DNA from: a virus
Lineage: Duplodnaviria > Caudoviricetes
DNA: 45,343 nucleotides
Direction: 5' to 3' (one strand)
Virus record (IMG/VR): IMGVR_UViG_3300026519_000020
Span: 1-45,343 of that record
Shown piece after piece: positions 19,229 to 28,208 of this stretch (positions are counted from its first letter, which is position 1; every line of letters starts with the position of its first letter). A program made the translations under genes and the position numbers. The notes beneath the pieces were generated by a model, which searched no databases, was not told the origin of the DNA, and saw only the letters and a program-made list of their open reading frames with translations.

Positions 19229-19745
19229 AATGTTTTTGCCAAGTAATTGCTATTCCAAGCGACAGATAAAATCAGTCGATGGCGCGGTTATTCATTTCAT
19301 CAGTGCTAAAAATATCGATCCTGAAGATCCTTTCAACCGTGATAAAATTATAAACATACTTAAAGATTACAAATTCTCTGCTCATTATTTGATTGAACGT
19401 GATGGTACAAGAATCAAATTAGTACCGGGTTTACACAAAGCTTATCACGCCGGTAAATCAATAATGAACGGTCGAGAAAGCTGCAACAGTTTCACCATCG
19501 GTATTGAGTTAGTCGGCGGTACGCAATGGGATTACACCGATGCACAAATTGCTGAACTGATTAAGTTGTTAATTGAACTAACCATTGAATATGATTTCGA
19601 TATGAACTGGGTGCAAGGGCATGATGAAGTTCGCAGAAACTGGAACGATAAATACCCGGATAATAAAGAGCCTGTAAAAGTAGATCCCGGTGATAAGTTT
19701 CCCTGGTATAAAGTGCAAAGAGGAGTAGCGCCGTGGACTGGTTAA
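19221..19745 (+). CDS. Endolysin, N-acetylmuramoyl-L-alanine amidase (Amidase_2/AmpD-like)
   Basis: VIH, SAHYLIERDG, AYHAG.S, N..TIGIEL.G, GH.EV, K.DPG..FPW motifs. Confidence 0.92.
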   Translation: MIEMFLPSNCYSKRQIKSVDGAVIHFISAKNIDPEDPFNRDKIINILKDYKFSAHYLIERDGTRIKLVPGLHKAYHAGKSIMNGRESCNSFTIGIELVGGTQWDYTDAQIAELIKLLIELTIEYDFDMNWVQGHDEVRRNWNDKYPDNKEPVKVDPGDKFPWYKVQRGVAPWTG

Positions 19746-20260
19746 AAGCAGCATTAGGTTTCGCAACGGGCGGTGTCAGTACATTAATCACCGGTTTATT
19801 CGGTTCATCGACTAACGGTAAAGGTGTCGCCGGTCAAGTGTCCGATGTGGTTGATCAGTGGTTACCTTCAGATGCAACCAAACATAAACAAAACATTGAG
19901 AATCTGCAAGCCGGTGATGCCTCACAAGCAAGTGCCAGGTCAATGCAATTACGTTCACACGATTCCTGGTTCGATATATTCATCGACGGTATGAACCGAT
20001 CAGTTCGCCCATTCTTCACTTACTGGGCGCTGGGGATATTAATCGGCTGGTGGACTGCACCGAACATTGATAATATTAATCCGTTTGTTTTAAATGTCAT
20101 TTGGACTATTGTTGGCTTCTGGTTCGGTGGACGCATGTTGTTTAAAGATTTACCGAAAGCAATGACCATGTATCAATTAGCTAAAGTGAAAAAACCTAAA
20201 AAGAAAAAGCCGAAACCCGTGCAGGATGACGACTTTGACGAAAATGATTATAACGGTTAA
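19733..20260 (+). CDS. Holin, 3TM GTA-type
   Basis: N..VRP..TY and FWFGGR motifs with hydrophobic helices; basic then acidic tail. Confidence 0.8.
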   Translation: MDWLKAALGFATGGVSTLITGLFGSSTNGKGVAGQVSDVVDQWLPSDATKHKQNIENLQAGDASQASARSMQLRSHDSWFDIFIDGMNRSVRPFFTYWALGILIGWWTAPNIDNINPFVLNVIWTIVGFWFGGRMLFKDLPKAMTMYQLAKVKKPKKKKPKPVQDDDFDENDYNG

Positions 20261-20463
20261 GCCGGATCGGTTTTATCATCTTCAGTTTCTTTTTTAACTT
20301 CATATATCTGCAATGCTTGTATATCAGAAACAGTTAATACGACGTTCTCACCATCGGTTACACGGTGTGTTTCTGTACAACCTGCTGTTTTATCAACCAC
20401 ATCGACCATGATATCTTTATCATTGTGTTCCGTACTCATTCTGATTTTTACTTCTGTAGCCAT
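20257..20463 (-). CDS. Hypothetical protein
   Basis: AGGAG RBS, 68 aa, last gene of the leftward operon. Confidence 0.7.
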   Translation of the reverse strand: MATEVKIRMSTEHNDKDIMVDVVDKTAGCTETHRVTDGENVVLTVSDIQALQIYEVKKETEDDKTDPA

Positions 20464-20484
20464 ATTATCTTACTCCTTTTGTTA

Positions 20485-21981
20485 TTAAAAAAAGTTCACT
20501 TCTAAATCGTTTGTTATGCGACCTTCACGATAACGTTGCAGTGCTGCTTTTAGCCCTTCCTGGTTATCATTCTTGCGTTCGATAGCATCAGCCACCGCCA
20601 GATCAACCGTATCGCTGCATAATATTCTGATGATTGATACAGGGTGAGTCTGCCCCTGGCGGTTGATACGACCGTTCATCTGTTCGTACAGCTCAAGTGA
20701 CCAGTTAATACCGAACCATACAAGAATGTGACCCGAATCCTGTAACCCGTCCAAACCATGCGCGCAAGAAGCTGGGTGCCCCACCATTAATTTAATTTGA
20801 CCATTGTTCCAGCGGTTGATTATTTTCTCAGTATCCTTTGACGGTGTTGCTGTTAAATTGACTGGCTTATATTTTTTAAACCGTTTCATTATCCGTTCGG
20901 CATCGGCTTTAAATGTGTAACTACAAAGCACTGGTGAACCGGCGGCTTCTTCCAGGACTTCTTCAAGTGCATCCAGTTTAGCATCATGTAGTGACTCAAA
21001 TTCTGATGATTCACTACTTAAATATGGGGAACCGTTACAAAATTGTAAGGTTTTATTTGACACTGATGACTTGCTGAATACTTCAATTTCACTACCGCTA
21101 TCAAGTTGAGTAAACAAATTCTTTTCAACTTCCTCATAAGCCTTACGCGCCGAAGCAGGGAGTTCAACCATCATATTAGTAACAGTAACATCAGGTAAAT
21201 CAAGATAATCACGTGCATCCATTTTAACTGTGATGTCACTTATCTTGTGTTCAATCCACTTCTTGCCTAATTCAGTCGGTGAGTAAGCCCAGCCGTTATA
21301 ATCGCTGGTAAAGTAACTGTCTTTATAATGAGTGATGTATTCACCCAGACGTTGACCACCGTCAACTGCTAAAAATTGACCATGTAAATCGATATACCCA
21401 TTTGATGCAGGTGTACCTGTCAACCCTGTTCTGTATTTGAACAGCGGGATAAGTTTACGCCAGCCGGTGATTTTTATTTTATAGTTTTCACCGCGTTTAT
21501 CTTTACGGTCACGGTTACCACCCGCCATTCTAAGTGTGGTACTGTTCTTTAGCTTTGACACTTCATCATAAACCACCATTTCAAACGGTATTTCTTTACC
21601 CTGGCTGATGTAGTAATGGTCAAGCTGTTCAGCTAACCAGTTCATATTTTCATAATTAATAAGGTAAATATCAGCGTCAGCAAACAATGCCCGTGACCGC
21701 TTCTCTCTGGTACCGTGTAGCACGCTGAACCGTAAGTGTTTCGTATGTTCCCACTTGCGTGACTCACGCGCCCATACGGATTGTATTACCCGTAGTGGAC
21801 CAAAGATTAATGTTTTATTAACCTGCCCGGCACGCATCCTGTCAACAATGGCGGTAAGTGTTATCGGTGTCTTCCCTAGACCCATACCTAGCCATAACAT
21901 CGAGTGGTCATGATTAAGCTGGTGAATGATACACTGACGCTGGTACTCGAATAATTGTTGCGGGGTTAGAAGATTAGTCAC
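20485..21981 (-). CDS. SNF2-family (SF2) helicase
   Basis: MGLGKT, DEVS, GLTGTP, HGL.GLQ, Q..GR..RQGQ. Confidence 0.93.
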   Translation of the reverse strand: MTNLLTPQQLFEYQRQCIIHQLNHDHSMLWLGMGLGKTPITLTAIVDRMRAGQVNKTLIFGPLRVIQSVWARESRKWEHTKHLRFSVLHGTREKRSRALFADADIYLINYENMNWLAEQLDHYYISQGKEIPFEMVVYDEVSKLKNSTTLRMAGGNRDRKDKRGENYKIKITGWRKLIPLFKYRTGLTGTPASNGYIDLHGQFLAVDGGQRLGEYITHYKDSYFTSDYNGWAYSPTELGKKWIEHKISDITVKMDARDYLDLPDVTVTNMMVELPASARKAYEEVEKNLFTQLDSGSEIEVFSKSSVSNKTLQFCNGSPYLSSESSEFESLHDAKLDALEEVLEEAAGSPVLCSYTFKADAERIMKRFKKYKPVNLTATPSKDTEKIINRWNNGQIKLMVGHPASCAHGLDGLQDSGHILVWFGINWSLELYEQMNGRINRQGQTHPVSIIRILCSDTVDLAVADAIERKNDNQEGLKAALQRYREGRITNDLEVNFF

Positions 21982-22262
21982 TTCAACAACACCACATTAA
22001 TCCAGGCATCAACACCTTCGTTACCATAAACAGTGAACACTTCAGCACCTTTTAACTCAAGTCTTTTGTGTTCACGACACTGTACTTTCGACAATTCACC
22101 ATCGGTGGTTTTCACTTCAACAAAGTAAACCTTGCCCCTATAGAAAACAATTCTATCCGGTACACCATCATTACCGGGTGACACCCATTTTCGCGTGATA
22201 CCACCGTAAAACTCAACTTTAGTATTGAGGTACTTTTCAACTTTTCGTTCTCTTACTCCCAT
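21978..22262 (-). CDS. VRR-NUC domain nuclease
   Basis: E..VE......V...GG...K..SPG..GVPDR......FVEVK...G.LS..Q. Confidence 0.92.
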   Translation of the reverse strand: MGVRERKVEKYLNTKVEFYGGITRKWVSPGNDGVPDRIVFYRGKVYFVEVKTTDGELSKVQCREHKRLELKGAEVFTVYGNEGVDAWINVVLLK

Positions 22263-22621
22263 TACGAATCTAACTTTTTCACAGGTGACATGGTTGACTG
22301 ATATGATGTTAATTCATTACTTAACAGACTAATACATGCTGTAAGAATTTCAATAACAATATCCATATCATCAGAACCATCTTTTTCATTCTTTACAGTT
22401 TCAGCATTGCGTTTCATCATCATCATGTTACCTAATGCTGACATTGGGTTACCTGCATACATTTTAGATAATGACATTTCTTCATCTATGCTTATATCAC
22501 TGTGCATTGTGCTGACGCTAAACATTTCACCTTTGTTAATTGACTTTTCAAGCTCATCACTGGCTATAAATTCACGTGTCGAACCGTTTGAATACTTGAT
22601 TGTTACTTTTGTGTTACTCAT
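22262..22621 (-). CDS. Hypothetical protein
   Basis: 119-aa ORF coupled to VRR-NUC, with its own promoter upstream. Confidence 0.7.
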   Translation of the reverse strand: MSNTKVTIKYSNGSTREFIASDELEKSINKGEMFSVSTMHSDISIDEEMSLSKMYAGNPMSALGNMMMMKRNAETVKNEKDGSDDMDIVIEILTACISLLSNELTSYQSTMSPVKKLDS

Positions 22622-22647
22622 TTTAGTTACCTATATTTAATTAATTT

Positions 22648-22683
22648 GTGTAACAATGTAGCACAATATATTAATATAGTCTA
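22648..22683 (-). promoter_or_regulatory. Sigma70-like promoter (TAGACT-17-TACATT) overlapping a GTGTAACAATGT operator
   Basis: Read on the minus strand upstream of 22621; operator at 22648-22659. Confidence 0.6.
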
Positions 22684-22851
22684 CTTTATTTTTGTATTAT
22701 ATACATTGATAAAAGGAACATGTTCAACATCTAAACCTGTAACATTAATAAAACCGCTTCCATAAATCATCATGTCTGAAGTCGTTTTAAGTGACTCTCT
22801 TTTTATAATACGTTGTATTCTATAAAAATATTTCCATTCTGATTTTATCAT
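22681..22851 (-). CDS. Small hypothetical protein (56 aa, MIKSEWKYF...NTKIK), not in ORF track
   Basis: ATGA overlap with polymerase stop; fills the gap exactly. Confidence 0.6.
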   Translation of the reverse strand: MIKSEWKYFYRIQRIIKRESLKTTSDMMIYGSGFINVTGLDVEHVPFINVYNTKIK

Positions 22852-24887
22852 AACGAACCTTGTAATAACGGTTTAACAATCTTTTCAACTTCTTTTATAT
22901 ACCATTCATAGTTTAAATCATTAGGATGATAATTTGAGTGCATCCATTCGGCTTGACTTAAATCATTACATAGCTCAACTGCCCAGCCAGTATTGATACC
23001 GCTCCTACGCTCTGTATAGGTTGACTTATTCTTGGTGTGAATACGTTCATCCCATACACCATAGCCGATTTCATTAATAACTTCGTTGAAGTACATATCG
23101 GTCAACTTGTTTGCGCGTTTGAACTCACCTGCTGGGCCATTTGGCGGCATTACTTTTTCAAGTGGTTTACCTGCTGTACTGATGTAGTATCGCACGATGT
23201 TACTGACTTGCTGACCGCCCCATTCGAGTGTACTGCTTCTTGGTATTTTTGTGCGTAGAAAAAAGTCAAACATATCGGGATGGTTATGGATAAAATCACG
23301 AATATCAATGCCATGCACCAGCGCAGATTCAGCCGCGATTGCAACAACTCTAGCCGACCAGTTTTTATGATGTGGTAATTCGCGTGTGCCCGGGTTTTCT
23401 TCTGCCGTAACATGTGCGTAAACTCCTATTCGTTTAAGTTTTCCATCATTATATTCAGCAATGTAATTATTAACATCACGTATAAACATGCGATTATACA
23501 ATGCTTCTTCAAGTTCAAGATTCGTTAAATCTTCCCACCATTTACATACTGTGCGGGTGTGTTCTAAATGTTCATGGGGGCAAAGGTAAGTCACACCGTC
23601 GGTATTAACCTGGACCATTTGTAACCCTGGCACCTTTAATAACTGTTCAACTAACATGCACAACAACAACTGTCCGTTGATAGTAATTGACATGGCATAT
23701 TGTGCATCGAGAAACGGTGAATAGTCATTATTACTACCGCCGAATGCACCGTTGAGTGCCAGTTTAAACGCTTCATTTTCCGGTGTTCCTTTAGCGTATT
23801 CTTTACGAGTATGATAAACATCTAAATAAGCATTGCAAAATTCTTCACCTAAATGCGCCGGATAAAGTTTATTTTTAATTGCCAGGTTTGGATAGAATGA
23901 AGCGACATCAACATCAACAAGCTGATGCGTAGCAGTAGTGTGTACAACCTGGGATTCGACTGATGCGTGTAATCCCCCGGTGCCAAAGTTATAATTGAAC
24001 CCGTCGATTGTTGCCGTTAAATCTTTGAATACGCCTTTTGTTTCAGTGATGGTTTTTGATTGCAGATAAGTTTTAACCTGTTGAAATGCAACGTTTTCAA
24101 ATTGTACATACGGGAAAATAATATCAGCTAAATTAATGGATTCGCGTTTAGTTTGTTTCTTTACTTTTTTATTTCCAACATAGTGATAACAAGACACCTT
24201 TTTTGCTTCCATTTCTGTTACCAGGATAGTTTCACCCATTTTAACATCACTCATGTTCATCATGTTTTTATTGAATGTTTTTGATAAGTCTTTACGCAAT
24301 TTAATCATCGGTTCAGTGCGTTCAGTGAACATATCAGTCGCATCGATATCATGCCACATGTATTTAATAAGCATATCAATCTGGTCACTGGTTAATACTG
24401 TACCAACGGGGAACGGTAAGTCTTCAATACTGTTCATACGCATATTGAACTCAAGTATTTTTAAACCCGTGGCTTTTGCCATGTTATCAAAGTGGTGTAT
24501 TTTATAAAGGTCAAGCTGATTAACTTTCCATTCAGATTCCCATACCATGTGTGCAAATCTAGCAGGACCATAAGCATCGATGATACTCATTGCCTTTTTA
24601 TAAATGTCATCAACTGATAAACCAGTGTAACGATTTTGATAAATGAAATGAATAACAGGGTAATCGAATCCGATATTATTAAACCCGATATTACAACAAC
24701 CTTGTTCACGCATCACATCAATAAAGTTGCACAGATACTGGATATCATTACGTCGATAACTTATTTCAAATAACCACTTGCGACGTGTCCCCCGGTGTAA
24801 AAAACCAACGGTAAATGCGTTAGGATAAGTTTCAATATCATAAACAATATCACCAGGTGTCACGTTGTAGATGAAGTCGGGGTTCAT
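22848..24887 (-). CDS. DNA polymerase, family B-type, with 3'-5' exonuclease
   Basis: Exo YDIETY, FN..GFDY, Y..HD; pol motifs DV.SFYP, K..LNG.FG, NTDG. Confidence 0.9.
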   Translation of the reverse strand: MNPDFIYNVTPGDIVYDIETYPNAFTVGFLHRGTRRKWLFEISYRRNDIQYLCNFIDVMREQGCCNIGFNNIGFDYPVIHFIYQNRYTGLSVDDIYKKAMSIIDAYGPARFAHMVWESEWKVNQLDLYKIHHFDNMAKATGLKILEFNMRMNSIEDLPFPVGTVLTSDQIDMLIKYMWHDIDATDMFTERTEPMIKLRKDLSKTFNKNMMNMSDVKMGETILVTEMEAKKVSCYHYVGNKKVKKQTKRESINLADIIFPYVQFENVAFQQVKTYLQSKTITETKGVFKDLTATIDGFNYNFGTGGLHASVESQVVHTTATHQLVDVDVASFYPNLAIKNKLYPAHLGEEFCNAYLDVYHTRKEYAKGTPENEAFKLALNGAFGGSNNDYSPFLDAQYAMSITINGQLLLCMLVEQLLKVPGLQMVQVNTDGVTYLCPHEHLEHTRTVCKWWEDLTNLELEEALYNRMFIRDVNNYIAEYNDGKLKRIGVYAHVTAEENPGTRELPHHKNWSARVVAIAAESALVHGIDIRDFIHNHPDMFDFFLRTKIPRSSTLEWGGQQVSNIVRYYISTAGKPLEKVMPPNGPAGEFKRANKLTDMYFNEVINEIGYGVWDERIHTKNKSTYTERRSGINTGWAVELCNDLSQAEWMHSNYHPNDLNYEWYIKEVEKIVKPLLQGSL

Positions 24888-25097
24888 TTAATACCGCTCC
24901 CACATTGAACTTAATACATCTAATTGCCTTTCTGAAAGCTCATAACCACCGGTGTATGTTGATCGCTTATGTTTCAGATTGTAAACAAATCCTGATTCCC
25001 ATTCGTTAAGTTTAGATTCCATTTCAATCAATCTGTTAATCACATAATCGATGCTTTCTTTGTTATTTTTAAATGAATAATCAGTCATAAGTGTCAC
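24888..25097 (-). CDS. Hypothetical protein
   Basis: L.EWE..FV..L......LSERQ...L..MW pattern seen in small phage proteins; GAGG RBS (start probably ATG 25088). Confidence 0.7.
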   Translation of the reverse strand: MTLMTDYSFKNNKESIDYVINRLIEMESKLNEWESGFVYNLKHKRSTYTGGYELSERQLDVLSSMWERY

Positions 25098-25107
25098 CTC
25101 ATTGTTA

Positions 25108-25184
25108 GTCTTTTAAATGCCGATTCCCATTGTAATTATAAGTTACAATGTTCGGTCATAATCCAGAATCGGCATTTAAAAGAC
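25108..25184. other. Structured intergenic element: perfect 19-bp inverted repeat enclosing an 8-bp inverted repeat
   Basis: GTCTTTTAAATGCCGATTC (25108-25126) / GAATCGGCATTTAAAAGAC (25166-25184); inner CATTGTAA / TTACAATG. Confidence 0.85.
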
Positions 25185-25205
25185 CCCTTCAAAAGATAGA
25201 AGGGG
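25178..25205 (-). terminator. Rho-independent terminator after SSB gene
   Basis: Minus strand CCCCTTC-TATCTTTT-GAAGGGG-TCTTTT. Confidence 0.65.
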
Positions 25206-25232
25206 AAAGTTCCGAGGGAGGAATGGAAAACT

Positions 25233-25973
25233 TTATGCAAATGACGGTCTGATTGCTAAACCCTGGTCGATTAACATCTGTTCAGTCCAGCCGGGTGTTG
25301 CCAGATATTGTTCTAAAGTAACACCATTTGCTTTTGCTGTCATTTGTAATTGCACAGATGCTGCTGGTACCGGTGCTGCTGGTACCGGTGCTGCTGGTAC
25401 CGGTGCTGCTGGTACCGGTGCTGCTGGTGCTGCTGGGGGCATTTGCTGAACGCCGCCTTGCGCTGACGATACGCTGGCAAACATCTGTTCAACAGTCGGC
25501 TTATTATCCAACCGACCCATTGGCGGTTCTTCAGCAGTAATCATGACACCGTTTAGCCAGCCGCCTACACCGCCGCGACCTTTAACGTAACCGGATATGT
25601 TCGCATTAACATATGCAACCATGCCTGAGTGCACTTGACTTGGATCGATAATGTTAGTGTACGCCTGGTCAACAACGGATGGTTTATCATCGGCTCTGGC
25701 ACTACAAGTGAACACATACCAACCTGTAAATCGTTGATCATAGTACTCTTTACCTGCATATTTTGTATCATACAGATTCAAGCATTCATCTTGCCCGGTG
25801 TAACCGGATGGGAATGTATTTGATTTAGCCTGTTCAATTTCAGCTTGAATTGCTGTGATTTGTGGATCGTTTGGCTGTAATAAAATAGTACACCCGAATT
25901 TAGCATCGGTCGCACCTTTTGCAACCTTCGGTGTGAACAGTGTTGGAAATGATAAAATACCTTTGATTAACAT
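25233..25973 (-). CDS. Single-stranded DNA-binding protein (DUF2815-like) with Pro/Ala linker and C-terminal domain
   Basis: LSFP.LF.P, P.VVD, SG, GV...LN.V motifs; next to DUF2800. Confidence 0.8.
   Translation of the reverse strand: MLIKGILSFPTLFTPKVAKGATDAKFGCTILLQPNDPQITAIQAEIEQAKSNTFPSGYTGQDECLNLYDTKYAGKEYYDQRFTGWYVFTCSARADDKPSVVDQAYTNIIDPSQVHSGMVAYVNANISGYVKGRGGVGGWLNGVMITAEEPPMGRLDNKPTVEQMFASVSSAQGGVQQMPPAAPAAPVPAAPVPAAPVPAAPVPAASVQLQMTAKANGVTLEQYLATPGWTEQMLIDQGLAIRPSFA
25360..25437 (-). repeat. 15-bp tandem repeat (about 4-5 units) encoding PAAPV
   Basis: gctgctggtaccggt repeated on the + strand. Confidence 0.9.
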
Positions 25974-25995
25974 AATATTGCCACCTTTTATCTTG

Positions 25996-27363
25996 TTAGA
26001 AAAATGAAACTTCTTCGGTTACCGGTTTAGGAACATCAGCAAACATAAGTTGTACCTGTGATTGTACATCATCAGTGGGACTTTGTACAACAACTTTTTC
26101 CTCTTTTTTATGAGAAACTTTTTTCAGTGTTAAGTTGCCGTCTTTAAATGAGATTAAATCTTCTGATATACGTTTCTTTTGACTTTCAGTTAGTTTTTCT
26201 AACTTCATCAGTTGCGCTGGCGATATTAATTTTTTTGGATAAATATCGACTAATTTTAACCTGCGACTCTTTAATTTTTTAACAATTTCATCTTCACCTT
26301 CATTCCAGACACGTGAACCGCGTCCTGGCACCATTGCATACCCCGGTACATCAATACCTTGCTTAATACGTTCTTTAATTTCAGATTTAACTTTATCAAA
26401 AATAGCCTGAACACCTTCTTCTGTATCAGCAATTTCACTTAATTGTGATTCAGTTAGCGATTTAATATCTGCTACCGCTGTTTTAAAAGTATCGATTAAA
26501 TTAAGATTGCTTTTATTCATTTTCTCCACCACTTGTAATGATTTATCTAATATAGCAGTACAATGACCGCCGCGTTTCGGGTTAGCTTTACACCATTGGC
26601 AATGTTTACCCGGCACCACAGGTGCATTATCATCATCCGTAAGATGCGCTGCATGTGCTAATTTTTCAGCCGCTTCAATAACAGTTAATGAACTAACGTT
26701 ATCTTCTTGTCGAGTTGAACATTGATACCTTACAACAGGATTAGTTTTAGGCTGAATGATAGTCATTCGAATGCCGCCAATGTTAGCAGGATTAAACGGT
26801 CTAACTTTATCCGGTCCACTTGCGATATGAGATCTTATTTTACCAAACAAGTAACTGATATTTTGCGTGTTATTTTTTTCAGAAACATAGCCACGACCAT
26901 CTTTATAATCAGCCACTTCAATAAAATAAATATCACCGGTCATCGGGTGACGTGCAGTAATAGTGATATCGCACGTTCCCCACCAGTCGTCACGACCGAA
27001 TGCGCCGCCGGGGTCAGATGTACTTTCAGATTCAACCATTACGTTGCAACCTGGAAACATGCTTTTAAGTTCGTTGACACGACGTTTAATATAATCAAGT
27101 GCCATTTGAACCCGCTCAATGCGATCTGGAGCAACTAACCAGCCGTTAGGATTGTCAGAATGATTCGCGCCTATGATTTGTTGATCGTAAGCATGTGCTT
27201 GAACATTGTTCTGTAAACACAATTCCAGCAACAGATGTGACCCGGTACCGTCAATAGCCGCTGCGCCAGGGATATCCGGGTAATTCGCTTCTTCACGAAC
27301 TGAACCCGGGCAGACAGGCCAGCGCTTATTGCTTGGACCCAGACGTGCGTGACCTTCACTCAC
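25996..27363 (-). CDS. DUF2800 / Cas4-like PD-(D/E)xK exonuclease
   Basis: HA.L.PS...RW..CPGS, GT..H, GT.D, DYK.G.G.V, I.QP, PG.HC.WCKA. Confidence 0.88.
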   Translation of the reverse strand: MSEGHARLGPSNKRWPVCPGSVREEANYPDIPGAAAIDGTGSHLLLELCLQNNVQAHAYDQQIIGANHSDNPNGWLVAPDRIERVQMALDYIKRRVNELKSMFPGCNVMVESESTSDPGGAFGRDDWWGTCDITITARHPMTGDIYFIEVADYKDGRGYVSEKNNTQNISYLFGKIRSHIASGPDKVRPFNPANIGGIRMTIIQPKTNPVVRYQCSTRQEDNVSSLTVIEAAEKLAHAAHLTDDDNAPVVPGKHCQWCKANPKRGGHCTAILDKSLQVVEKMNKSNLNLIDTFKTAVADIKSLTESQLSEIADTEEGVQAIFDKVKSEIKERIKQGIDVPGYAMVPGRGSRVWNEGEDEIVKKLKSRRLKLVDIYPKKLISPAQLMKLEKLTESQKKRISEDLISFKDGNLTLKKVSHKKEEKVVVQSPTDDVQSQVQLMFADVPKPVTEEVSFF

Positions 27364-27806
27364 GCGGGGATCGCTCGAACAGCTGCAATTAATTCTTGCT
27401 GTTTTTCAGCCGGTAAATCAGTCACTGAAATAACACCTAATAAAGCCATGGCATCATCAATGGGTTTCCGGTCACCAATGCGTTTGAATTCAGCAACCAG
27501 GATTTCGTTCAATGCTTCGGGTGTCAACGCTGCCGCTGGTGCCGCTGGTGCCGCTGGTGCCGCTGGTGCCGCTGGTGCAGGCGGAACAACGGCTGTAGGA
27601 ACAACTTCAGCAGGTGCCGCTGGTGCAGGCGGAACAACGGCTGTAGGAACAACTTCAGCAGGTGCCGGCGGTACTACGGGTGCAGATGTAGTTACTTCAG
27701 TGGCAGTTTTAGGAATCGCTTTATCAGGTTTATCAACCATTTTACCTTGTGCAACTAGCGTTTCAAGCGCATCAGCGATACGTTTTAAATCTTTTTCAAT
27801 TGGCAT
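27360..27806 (-). CDS. Pro/Ala-rich hypothetical replication-module protein
   Basis: IE..L..IA.AL N-terminus, low-complexity middle, helical C-terminus (G...V.DLP.E). Confidence 0.8.
   Translation of the reverse strand: MPIEKDLKRIADALETLVAQGKMVDKPDKAIPKTATEVTTSAPVVPPAPAEVVPTAVVPPAPAAPAEVVPTAVVPPAPAAPAAPAAPAAPAAALTPEALNEILVAEFKRIGDRKPIDDAMALLGVISVTDLPAEKQQELIAAVRAIPA
27531..27666 (-). repeat. 9-bp tandem repeat (gccgctggt) plus exact 48-bp duplication (27565-27612 / 27613-27660)
   Basis: Read directly; encodes APA repeats and PAEVVPTAVVPPAPAA twice. Confidence 0.9.
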
Positions 27807-27833
27807 TATATAATTCTCCGTTGTTTTATAAAG

Positions 27834-28046
27834 TTAAACTTTGTAAAGTTCACCTTTTTGTTGGTCTTCGGTTGGGATGATGCGTAAGCGACCATCATTA
27901 AAAGCTGTTACAATCTCACGCACTAATAACTGATAAGGTTTACCGGTTGTGCGTGTTGATTTAACAACGAATATATCAAGTTCATCCTGGTTAATTCGCA
28001 CTCGCAAATCACCGTCGAGAACTTCTTTAATTTCTTCATCTGGCAT
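27834..28046 (-). CDS. Putative ribbon-helix-helix transcription regulator
   Basis: LRVRI beta-strand then two helices; first gene of the leftward operon; GAGG RBS. Confidence 0.6.
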   Translation of the reverse strand: MPDEEIKEVLDGDLRVRINQDELDIFVVKSTRTTGKPYQLLVREIVTAFNDGRLRIIPTEDQQKGELYKV

Positions 28047-28078
28047 TAATCATTTCCTCAAATTTTTGTCACAGTTCA

Positions 28079-28108
28079 ATTCTAGTGTAACATTGTGCTA
28101 TTTGTCAA
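28079..28108 (-). promoter_or_regulatory. Leftward sigma70 promoter TTGACA-18-TAGAAT with operator GTGTAACATTGT in the spacer
   Basis: tgtcaa 28103-28108, attcta 28079-28084, operator 28085-28096. Confidence 0.8.
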
Positions 28109-28116
28109 CATTTAAT

Positions 28117-28145
28117 TTGACAAAGTTACACTTTTATTTTATTCT
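28117..28145 (+). promoter_or_regulatory. Rightward sigma70 promoter TTGACA-17-TATTCT with inverted operator (ACAAAGTTACAC)
   Basis: -35 at 28117-28122, -10 at 28140-28145, operator 28120-28131. Confidence 0.75.
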
Positions 28146-28208
28146 ACGATGACAATTATTTAAACCTTGTGTTGCACAACCCGCTATGTTTAAATAATCA
28201 ATCTTAAT

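Noticed and set aside
27349-27813. 154-aa Gly/Ala-rich + strand ORF
   Set aside because: Antisense read of the Pro/Ala repeat gene, which has an RBS and operon coupling
27834-28200. Lysogeny switch (CI/Cro) at the divergent promoters
   Set aside because: No HTH-S24 repressor, integrase or partition genes; both directions lead to replication genes
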